A model generated the notes under the pieces. That model was not told where the DNA came from and did not search any database. It saw only the letters and a list, made by a program, of their open reading frames with translations. DNA of 28,063 nt, from the IMG/VR virus record IMGVR_UViG_3300028559_002432, positions 1 through 28,063 of that record; one strand, written 5' to 3'. Positions 18,150 to 25,452 of this stretch are shown piece after piece. The translations under genes and the position numbers were made by a program. Origin of the DNA: a virus (Duplodnaviria; Caudoviricetes). Position 1 is the stretch's first letter. Every line of letters begins with the position of its first letter.

Positions 18150-18876
18150 TGCTTGATATAACTCTGACTATAAATTTGAGTAGCTTGCTCCTGGTTATAT
18201 CCTCCTCTGAGAAATGGAATGTGCAGATGCCATTTTCCCTGCTCTGATCTGAATCAAACGCTTTCATGATTCTCTCAAAGCCAGATTTTTGAATATCTGA
18301 TTGCAGAGAATCACCTATAACAAACAGCTTACAATTTTTACCAAATCTTGTTAAAATGGTAACCAATTCACTGTGTTCGAGGTTTTGGGCCTCGTCAACT
18401 ATAACAACATTATTGGTGAATGTTGATCCACGCAAGAAATTCACGGGAATACTTTTGAGGTAATCACTTTGAAATAACATTTCAGTTATCTGTTTGCCTA
18501 CTAGCTCATCACATTTTTCTATGAGTGGAATACTCCATGGTTTAAATTTATCATCAACTTCACCAGGTAGACTTCCAAGTTTTCGAGTAGCTGATTCCAC
18601 TATACTTCTTATATATAAAATTTCATCTATCTTTTTGTCCCTTAACATACTCAACGCAACATATACTGCAAGATACGTTTTTGATGAACCTGCTGGGCCA
18701 TCACAAAACAAGATTTGCGATGATTCATCCATAGCTTTTTCAACAAAAGCTTTATGGTGATCATTTAAATGGAATTTTTGATCAATTTTAAAGTTAAGAA
18801 AAATATCATTTCTAATGATACCATTCTCGTCTTTGGCTTTTGCAGCTTTTTTAAGCTGTCTGTCCTTCTTAGACAT
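18121..18876 (-). CDS. phoH: PhoH-like ATPase
   Basis: GPAGSSKT, RSIVE, LGSLPG, FLRGSTF, IVDEAQN, ILTRFG, GDSLQSDI, DITRS. Confidence 0.95.
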   Translation of the reverse strand: MSKKDRQLKKAAKAKDENGIIRNDIFLNFKIDQKFHLNDHHKAFVEKAMDESSQILFCDGPAGSSKTYLAVYVALSMLRDKKIDEILYIRSIVESATRKLGSLPGEVDDKFKPWSIPLIEKCDELVGKQITEMLFQSDYLKSIPVNFLRGSTFTNNVVIVDEAQNLEHSELVTILTRFGKNCKLFVIGDSLQSDIQKSGFERIMKAFDSDQSRENGICTFHFSEEDITRSKLLKFIVRVISSIKTPMVNHH

Positions 18877-18883
18877 CTACTAT

Positions 18884-18889
18884 TATTTA
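18884..18889 (-). promoter_or_regulatory. gp55-type late promoter upstream of phoH
   Basis: TAAATA-N7-ATG(18876). Confidence 0.55.
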
Positions 18890-18900
18890 TTTTGACTATG

Positions 18901-19683
18901 TCAGATTTCTGTGACTTTCTTACCGGAAGATAGTGCAGCAGTACGGGCAAACCCACCTTTGGTAGAAATAATAGTACCACACCTTCTTAGAAGGAAGAAA
19001 TCTTGAAAAGATTTTATGAACCCCTTGTAACTGCAGCCTGGTCTATCCATGTGCTCTGTTTCATTAGATGTGCATAGAACATTCATCTTTGTTTTAATAA
19101 ATTGAGTGAACTTGGTGCTATCTGTGCAAATAAAGAGATTGTTTGTTAGAGCATTTTGCATGAAGTGTGTGATTCTCTCTAACATATAGTCGAAACTAAT
19201 ATCTCTATTAAAGTCAGAATCACTCCAATTGGAAAGCTGACCGCCAAATCTTGCACACACCCCCACAGTATTTTCATCTGTTAGAAATGGTAGTTCAGGC
19301 TCTTTAAAAAGTTGATTGAAATAATCTTGAAAATTATCTTCAAGCCCCAGATGATCCAAAAAATTAATATTAGTCTTAATGATGCTAATATCTTCTGTAA
19401 AAAACTTATCAGAATTGTTGCGATTGAATTGATCTTTAAAATGTACATAGTTATCATTATCCATGGCAAAATATTGCTTGTGTGATCCGCTAATAGGTCT
19501 GGGTAACCAGTTATATGTATTATGCCCTAATGCAGATTGCAGATTGAAAGGGTATGTCCAATTGATGAAAAAATCTCTGTCCAGTAATCTGGACAAAGCA
19601 AAGCAAGATATTAGACCTTTGATTCTATCAGCAAGCCCACCTGCAGGACGTTCAGTGCAGTCATACACTATGCACTTTTTCAT
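18901..19683 (-). CDS. Fucosyltransferase-like glycosyltransferase (NodZ/GT23/O-FucT-like)
   Basis: GGLADRIKGLIS, VGVCARFG (variant of G.H.R), FICTDS, DFFLLRRC..IIST..GF match fucosyltransferase motifs I-III. Confidence 0.72.
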   Translation of the reverse strand: MKKCIVYDCTERPAGGLADRIKGLISCFALSRLLDRDFFINWTYPFNLQSALGHNTYNWLPRPISGSHKQYFAMDNDNYVHFKDQFNRNNSDKFFTEDISIIKTNINFLDHLGLEDNFQDYFNQLFKEPELPFLTDENTVGVCARFGGQLSNWSDSDFNRDISFDYMLERITHFMQNALTNNLFICTDSTKFTQFIKTKMNVLCTSNETEHMDRPGCSYKGFIKSFQDFFLLRRCGTIISTKGGFARTAALSSGKKVTEI

Positions 19684-19720
19684 ATTGAATTATAATACAC
19701 ATACATTATAATAATTCAAT
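19684..19720. promoter_or_regulatory. Palindromic bidirectional promoter (queE / fucosyltransferase-like gene)
   Basis: Plus strand: TTGAAT-N16-TATAAT-N6-ATG(19719). Minus strand: TTGAAT-N16-TATTAT (overlapping TATAAT) before ATG(19683). Perfect 10-bp inverted repeat ATTGAATTAT/ATAATTCAAT. Confidence 0.7.
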
Positions 19721-20465
19721 GAGCAAAGAGACAATAATTTTCTTAAGTGATGATAAAGTATTCTATACCCTTGAAGGTGAAGGTGAGTATGTAGGGCATC
19801 CGTCTGTCTTCATGAGACTATCCATGTGCAATTTAACATGCAAGGGGTTTGCATCAGCAGATTCACCCAATGGTTGTGATAGTTTTATCAGCTGGTCTGT
19901 TAAGAATAGAATGACATGTAGCGAAGTTTTAGATCATATGGATGATGAAGGGTTTACAAAACATCTTCGCAATGGTGCAATATGGAAAATAACTGGTGGG
20001 GAGCCCTTGATTCAGCAGAAGGCATTATTGGATCTGGTGAGAGATTTTGTCAAAAGAAATGGCTTCATACCACACATAGATTTTGAAACCAATGCAACCA
20101 TTCAACCTGATGATGCCTGGAAGGCTTACAAGGTGACGTATACTACTTCACCTAAACTCTCCAATAATGGGGATCCAGTGGAGAAGAGATACAAGCCAGC
20201 TGTTCTGAGATGGCATGTTGAAAACAATTCAGGCTTCAAGTTTGTTGTGAGTTCACAGAAGGATATGGACGAAATTTTTGAGAGATATATCAATGATCCA
20301 GATGTATTAATACCACCTCATAGGGTGTGGCTCATGCCTTGTTGCGGTAGCAGAAAGGAGCACATTGACGTTGCTCCAGTTATAGCAGATATCTGCAAGA
20401 ATCATGGGTTTAAGTTTAGCCCACGATTGCAATTAATTATTTGGGATAAAGCTCTTAAGGTTTAA
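19719..20465 (+). CDS. queE: 7-carboxy-7-deazaguanine synthase (radical SAM)
   Basis: FYTLEGEG..G.PSVFMRL, CNLTC-x11-CDS, ITGGEP, ETN, SPKL, KFVV, WLMP, PRLQ. Confidence 0.92.
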   Translation: MSKETIIFLSDDKVFYTLEGEGEYVGHPSVFMRLSMCNLTCKGFASADSPNGCDSFISWSVKNRMTCSEVLDHMDDEGFTKHLRNGAIWKITGGEPLIQQKALLDLVRDFVKRNGFIPHIDFETNATIQPDDAWKAYKVTYTTSPKLSNNGDPVEKRYKPAVLRWHVENNSGFKFVVSSQKDMDEIFERYINDPDVLIPPHRVWLMPCCGSRKEHIDVAPVIADICKNHGFKFSPRLQLIIWDKALKV

Positions 20466-20470
20466 CCGCA

Positions 20471-20476
20471 TAAATA
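20471..20476 (+). promoter_or_regulatory. gp55-type late promoter (TAAATA)
   Basis: TAAATA-N4-GTG(20481). Confidence 0.7.
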
Positions 20477-20480
20477 ATAT

Positions 20481-21287
20481 GTGGTTACGTTCTCTAGATT
20501 TGTAGAAAATTTTGCTGTTGGTAAGACCAATTCCATCACTGGCAGTGGTCCAAGTGCGGCCAAGGTGGGTGTGTTGCAATTAAGAGATTTGGACGGTTCG
20601 GTGTTGGGTACCTATAGTTATGTGAATGGTGGTTATGGTAGAGGATATATTCCATCGGGTGAATACATGATTCAAGCACCGCAACGAGTTAGACCAGATC
20701 AATTCAAAGCCATGTCCATTGACAATGTTGCATACAAATTTCCTGTGGCCAGTGCCAGCGGGTCAACAGAGATACCTGATTCTAGAGTTCAAAACATACC
20801 CACAGGTGATAACCCACGTGGAGGTCCCAGAGACGGCATAATGATACACCCTGATGGTGGTTCACGCGGCACAATGGGGTGCATTGGCATACAAGGTGGC
20901 GGTGATGTACAGAAAGATTTTTATGAAAAATTAAAATATCTTGTTAATAATAATGGTGGTTCATATCCTTTGAGATTTGACACTGGAGAAATATCTGTTG
21001 GTCCAGAGAGTCAACCACCAGTGCAGCAAAGTGAACAACCAGAGCAAACACCACAGCAGCCAGCAGAACCTGCAGATGTACTACAACAAGCCTCACTCTC
21101 GGATACAAATGCTCCCAAGGCCATGGCATTTACCCCGCAAGAGGATGGTATTACACAACCTTCACCTGAACCAGATGAAGTACCAGTGCAACAAAATGAG
21201 CCAGAACCAGTTACAGTGCAACCAGTTAAAACATACAAACATAAAAGCACACAAGAGTTTATAGATAAATTAAATCAAATTAAATAA
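20481..21287 (+). CDS. L,D-transpeptidase/Tlde1 (YkuD-fold)-like protein with Q/P/E-rich tail
   Basis: IPSGEY and RDGIMIHPDGGSRGTMGCIGI (His...GC catalytic motif); last ~95 aa are low complexity. Confidence 0.72.
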   Translation: MVTFSRFVENFAVGKTNSITGSGPSAAKVGVLQLRDLDGSVLGTYSYVNGGYGRGYIPSGEYMIQAPQRVRPDQFKAMSIDNVAYKFPVASASGSTEIPDSRVQNIPTGDNPRGGPRDGIMIHPDGGSRGTMGCIGIQGGGDVQKDFYEKLKYLVNNNGGSYPLRFDTGEISVGPESQPPVQQSEQPEQTPQQPAEPADVLQQASLSDTNAPKAMAFTPQEDGITQPSPEPDEVPVQQNEPEPVTVQPVKTYKHKSTQEFIDKLNQIK

Positions 21288-21290
21288 ATA
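21285..21290 (+). promoter_or_regulatory. gp55-type late promoter (TAAATA)
   Basis: TAAATA-N4-ATG(21295). Confidence 0.7.
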
Positions 21291-21294
21291 TAGT

Positions 21295-22161
21295 ATGAAC
21301 ACATCTACCTCTAAGACAATTTACTCATTATACAGAGAACATGTTCTAACTGAAGCTGCTAATAATTTCGATAGACAAAAATTTATGGAGAAACTATCCA
21401 AAAAATCAGAAATTTTTAGAGACACTCTCATGGACATAGCTACAAAAATTGACATGACTGAGAAGGATCAAGCCGAGGCTATAGATGAAGTGTTTGTTGC
21501 TGCACAGGAAAATATTAATCAATTCATTGTAGGTTATAAATCAGAGATAGAGAATGCAATTAAAAATAATCAATATTCAACACAAGGGTTGGTTGATGAT
21601 TTGAACACAGCATTTAGCAGCTACTTGGGTAAGGTGGCAAAAATAAATGGACCAAATGAATGGAAGTTGCAGTTTCCGTCTCCTTCAAATTACTATCCAC
21701 AGAACAAAACACAACAACAAGCTAGCACACCACCAACAACCCAGCAGCCTGCACCACCAGCACAAGCCTTCAACCCAACAGCACAAAATTCTACACAAAC
21801 CCCACAGCCACTGACACCATCCAAAAATGTTCCTGGGGCTGTGCCGCTCACTCCCTCACAACCACTATCGCAGCAGCAGTTGAATCCTTTCACCGGTCAA
21901 CCTGTAGTGCCTGTACAAAATACGCAAAATCAAAATATTAATTTGAATCCTTTTGCAAATACCTTCAAACCTGGACCTGGTAGCGCGGCCACCTATGCTC
22001 CAAAATCAGGTCCACTGACTGGCACACAGCAGCCTGTGTACCCCACAAGAAATCAGGCTTATGCTCAAAAAGAAGCTGGTCAAGCACCGCTCGCTAACAC
22101 AGGCAATGTGTTGGCAGATTTTAACAGAAGAAGAGCTTACCTTTCAGGCAGAGGATACTAA
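21295..22161 (+). CDS. Hypothetical late/virion protein with Q/P-rich C-terminal half
   Basis: 288 aa; TAAATA-N4-ATG; helical N-terminal domain followed by low-complexity sequence. Confidence 0.78.
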   Translation: MNTSTSKTIYSLYREHVLTEAANNFDRQKFMEKLSKKSEIFRDTLMDIATKIDMTEKDQAEAIDEVFVAAQENINQFIVGYKSEIENAIKNNQYSTQGLVDDLNTAFSSYLGKVAKINGPNEWKLQFPSPSNYYPQNKTQQQASTPPTTQQPAPPAQAFNPTAQNSTQTPQPLTPSKNVPGAVPLTPSQPLSQQQLNPFTGQPVVPVQNTQNQNINLNPFANTFKPGPGSAATYAPKSGPLTGTQQPVYPTRNQAYAQKEAGQAPLANTGNVLADFNRRRAYLSGRGY

Positions 22162-23846
22162 TGACTTTTAATGAACTATTAAAACTAGCTACAGAAGCCT
22201 CACTTAGCACCGGTGCAGCTGCACCTGGCATAGGTTCAAATCTGGCCAGTGGTGCAGCAACACTGCAATCTTTAAACCCTGCACAAAAGGGAAAGCTGGA
22301 ATTGCCTGTGCCGGGCATGGACAATCCAGAGTTCAATATTAGCGGTCTGGAAGAATTTTTTATTGAATTCGCAAAAGTATTAGACCCAACTGGTGTATTG
22401 AGTTATAAAGATACTTTGGTTGCAGCAGGTAAAATGTATGATGAATTTTCAAAGATGTCTAACAAACAAGAAAATAATTTCTGGTTATCATTCTTAATAT
22501 TTGTACTGTGTGTTTATTCCTCTCTGCCTAATGTGGGACTATTAGTCGGTGGCATAGGGGGGCTTGTGCAATACACTGGCAAAGCTGGTGCAAGGCTTGC
22601 AAGGCAACAGCTATCAAAAGGAATATCTGAAGAAGCGGTGAAAGAGATGGGAATAATTGCCCGCACTACTGAAGATCATTTTAAAAAGAATCCTCAACAG
22701 CTCACAGGTATTATTGATTTTGCCTCTAAGCATAATTTAATAGAACCTGAAGCTTCAGCAACTATAAAAAATTATTTTTTAAAGAATCCTGAATATGCAA
22801 AGAGAGTGGACCAAATGCCATCTCTTCCAGATTATTTTGAGAATCCTACTCTGCTTGATAACACAATTAAAGCATACGAGAATAAACTTGCAGGTAAGAT
22901 GGACGGTGACAAGCTTATACGGCATAACGAACTGGTACGCAAGAAAACGGATAAAGGTTTAACTATACCTGAAGAAAGAGAATTGATGAATTTAAATAAA
23001 AAAACGGAATTGAGTGAATATGATTTGAAGAATTATGAGGAGGCCTTATACGCGAAGAATATCCAAAAAATGGCAGATCAACCCGGGCCAGAGACATTGC
23101 CACAAGTAGCAGGCAAAGCAATGAAATCGCAATCACAATTTAAACCAGATCCAGCATCATCTGGTCTCTCCAGAGCTGCACAGAGTATTTACGGAAAATC
23201 TACAGGCAACTATTATGGCATTACTGGTGTCAAGGGTAATGTAATAGCTCCACCTAGCCCGGGCATATCCGGTGTAGGCAGGGGCCTAATTACACCTTCA
23301 CAGGCAAAGGTAAGATTGGGTAAGAATATTGCTGCAGGTTATGGACCCATGAACGAACCCACACAGGGAGGTGGCACGAGCGATGTTTCACCCACATATA
23401 AGCCAGCCAAACAACAACCAGGTCAAATACCTGCATATAATTACGAGGTGCAACCAATTCCAATATCTGCTCCAGTTTCAACTAACTTGCCTCCAGTGAT
23501 GCAGCCACCTGTAAGAGTACCTGCAGGTAGCAAGCCTGCAGGTGTGAGGTTTGCTCCTCTGTACCAGGGATCTGCTGGAGCAACCAAAGAGGAACCCCTG
23601 GGTAGATATACACCTGGTGCCAAGGATTATTCTACCCCTGATAAAACCATGCAGCTGTATGCCAAAAATAAAGAAGAGACTGATGTGGATAGTTCGGCAG
23701 GACCAATGCCTTTGTTTCAGCAGCTTAGTGTCCAAAAGCATAATGATGCCGAACAGAAAGAAAGAACTACCCGAGAAACCAGAGATGAGACCAAAAAACA
23801 GATCAAATCTTTCAAAGAAAGAATGAAAGAACAAGATAACAAATAA
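22161..23846 (+). CDS. Hypothetical late/virion protein with hydrophobic hairpin
   Basis: 561 aa; TAATG-coupled; LDPTG motif, hydrophobic FWLSFLIFVLCVYSSLPNVGLLVGGIGGLV, then a G/P/Q-rich region and charged tail. Confidence 0.8.
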   Translation: MTFNELLKLATEASLSTGAAAPGIGSNLASGAATLQSLNPAQKGKLELPVPGMDNPEFNISGLEEFFIEFAKVLDPTGVLSYKDTLVAAGKMYDEFSKMSNKQENNFWLSFLIFVLCVYSSLPNVGLLVGGIGGLVQYTGKAGARLARQQLSKGISEEAVKEMGIIARTTEDHFKKNPQQLTGIIDFASKHNLIEPEASATIKNYFLKNPEYAKRVDQMPSLPDYFENPTLLDNTIKAYENKLAGKMDGDKLIRHNELVRKKTDKGLTIPEERELMNLNKKTELSEYDLKNYEEALYAKNIQKMADQPGPETLPQVAGKAMKSQSQFKPDPASSGLSRAAQSIYGKSTGNYYGITGVKGNVIAPPSPGISGVGRGLITPSQAKVRLGKNIAAGYGPMNEPTQGGGTSDVSPTYKPAKQQPGQIPAYNYEVQPIPISAPVSTNLPPVMQPPVRVPAGSKPAGVRFAPLYQGSAGATKEEPLGRYTPGAKDYSTPDKTMQLYAKNKEETDVDSSAGPMPLFQQLSVQKHNDAEQKERTTRETRDETKKQIKSFKERMKEQDNK

Positions 23847-23852
23847 TAAGTC

Positions 23853-23879
23853 TTGATTTAGAGCAACAAAACATATAAT
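23853..23879 (+). promoter_or_regulatory. Sigma70-type promoter of the kinase gene
   Basis: TTGATT-N15-TATAAT-N6-ATG(23886). Confidence 0.65.
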
Positions 23880-23885
23880 TAAGTT

Positions 23886-24596
23886 ATGAGGATATCTTTT
23901 AGCGGGGCTGCAAGCACAGGCAAGACAACTACATTCAAAGCATTTCTAGAGAAATGGCCAAATTATAAAACACTGCAATCTGACTACAGACATCTGATAA
24001 GAGGCAATAAACACAGCAAGCACACTGATAAAAAAACTCAAAAAAATATTCTGGAATTCATGTGTAATGCGCAAAAGGGCTTCACATTGCATGATAACAT
24101 TGCTTACGACAGATGCCCCCTGGATAATCTCGTTTACACATTGTGGGCTTATGAGAAAGGTATCAAAGGCTTCAATGAGAAGTTTGTAACTGATTGCATG
24201 GAGATTGTCGGTGAAAGTATGAAAGCGTTGGATATTATTTTTCTGTGTACCAGGGATTTGATGGGTCCTGCGGAAAGCAATGGCAAGAGAGAATCAGACC
24301 CAGTATATATTTCGGAAACTGATAATATATTCAAAGCTATCTCCAGACAGCTTTCCACTGGGAAATCACCCATTTTTCCGCATGGTGACAGCCCAGCAGT
24401 TATTGAGATTCATGGCAATACAGAGGAGAGAATGGCACAGGTTGCTCTCTATGTTACTGCAGAGGGCACCATGTATGGGGAAGAACAGAGCATAGTCAAT
24501 TTTGATGAATTGCTGAAAATGAAATCTCTCATCAACGAACAACACGGTCAAATTAAACAAGACACGCAATTACCCATCATTGATCCCAATAAATAA
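23886..24596 (+). CDS. P-loop nucleotide-kinase-like protein (AAA_28/NadR/TMK-like)
   Basis: N-terminal RISFSGAASTGKTT, YDRCPLDNLVY, lid region NGKRE, GNTEERM. Confidence 0.82.
   Translation: MRISFSGAASTGKTTTFKAFLEKWPNYKTLQSDYRHLIRGNKHSKHTDKKTQKNILEFMCNAQKGFTLHDNIAYDRCPLDNLVYTLWAYEKGIKGFNEKFVTDCMEIVGESMKALDIIFLCTRDLMGPAESNGKRESDPVYISETDNIFKAISRQLSTGKSPIFPHGDSPAVIEIHGNTEERMAQVALYVTAEGTMYGEEQSIVNFDELLKMKSLINEQHGQIKQDTQLPIIDPNK
24590..24595 (+). promoter_or_regulatory. gp55-type late promoter (TAAATA)
   Basis: TAAATA-N4-ATG(24600). Confidence 0.65.
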
Positions 24597-24599
24597 TGT

Positions 24600-24818
24600 A
24601 TGAGCTTTAATAGAGAATTCAGTAAACTCTATGAAAACTTTTCTTCCATAAAAGTTACAAACAGATTGTTTTACCCCCGTTCAAAGAATTTTAATCTGTC
24701 ACCTCAATTCATCCATGCCTTTAAACAGGAGTACAAGAGGTTGAAAGAACAGGGACTTACAGACAAGGGGATAATGCAGAGCATTGCTAAAGCATTGTTC
24801 TTCCACGCAAAGAATTAA
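24600..24818 (+). CDS. Small basic hypothetical late protein
   Basis: 72 aa, TAAATA-N4-ATG upstream. Confidence 0.7.
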   Translation: MSFNREFSKLYENFSSIKVTNRLFYPRSKNFNLSPQFIHAFKQEYKRLKEQGLTDKGIMQSIAKALFFHAKN

Positions 24819-25393
24819 TAAGGCGTACAGATAGTATAATAAATGGTAACAGGGGAGGCAAGAGATGTTGTGCAGCTAATAACAAAACTGAAGCTAGAAT
24901 TACCAGCACCACCATTTGTAATAGAAGATATATAGAATTGCGCACCAGAATTTCCGGGCACACTGGTCATCATGAGATTGATGTCTGACTGAGTAATAAT
25001 AGCATTGCTGGGCTTGGTCAGTGCACCTATAGAGGCAGTGGAGGTCACTGTAGTATTGCCTTTGTAGCAGAAGATATTGTAACTATTGGCAATGGGTGTG
25101 GTGGAAGTGGTGAGTGTGATGCTGGGGGTTCTGGCCATTATATTGCCACTGGCAGTAACCAAATCTGTATTTGCCTGAGTCTTGTCTGTAGTGGCTTGAG
25201 AGCTTAGATTATTGACGTTAGTACTCAGAGTTTCAAGACTGCTGTAAAAACTAACATTATTTGGACCTAAAACAAAATCAATAAAATCAATAACGTTAGT
25301 CCCTTGTTCATTCTCTACAATGAGAAAGTTACCATTGGTAATTTCTTCTATTTGATTTAGATCCTTTATATTTACATTATTATAAACGGCCAT
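24815..25393 (-). CDS. Putative structural (fibre/tail-associated) protein
   Basis: 192 aa; N-terminal NIKDLNQI..I..G.FLIVE resembles fibre-protein N-termini; S/T-rich beta C-terminus; exact TATAAATA late promoter upstream. Confidence 0.65.
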   Translation of the reverse strand: MAVYNNVNIKDLNQIEEITNGNFLIVENEQGTNVIDFIDFVLGPNNVSFYSSLETLSTNVNNLSSQATTDKTQANTDLVTASGNIMARTPSITLTTSTTPIANSYNIFCYKGNTTVTSTASIGALTKPSNAIITQSDINLMMTSVPGNSGAQFYISSITNGGAGNSSFSFVISCTTSLASPVTIYYTICTPY

Positions 25394-25397
25394 ACCT

Positions 25398-25405
25398 TAT
25401 TTATA
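25398..25405 (-). promoter_or_regulatory. gp55-type late promoter (TATAAATA)
   Basis: Exact T4 late consensus TATAAATA-N4-ATG(25393). Confidence 0.75.
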
Positions 25406-25418
25406 CAGCTCCATAATG

Positions 25419-25446
25419 TTGCAATATGTATATTGTATATTAAAAT
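25419..25446 (+). promoter_or_regulatory. Sigma70-type promoter of the GT2-guaC-GT operon
   Basis: TTGCAA-N16-TAAAAT-N6-GTG(25453). Confidence 0.65.
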
Positions 25447-25452
25447 AGCTGC

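Noticed and set aside
19719-20465. NrdG (anaerobic RNR activase) call
   Set aside because: EGEG, ETN, SPKL and PRLQ motifs and the proximity of folE and queD favour QueE.
20977-23834. Alternative-frame ORFs and apparent short repeats in Q/P-rich genes (e.g. CCTGCAGGT twice near 23520-23545)
   Set aside because: Explained by low-complexity protein coding; no regular repeat-spacer period, so not a CRISPR or tandem array.
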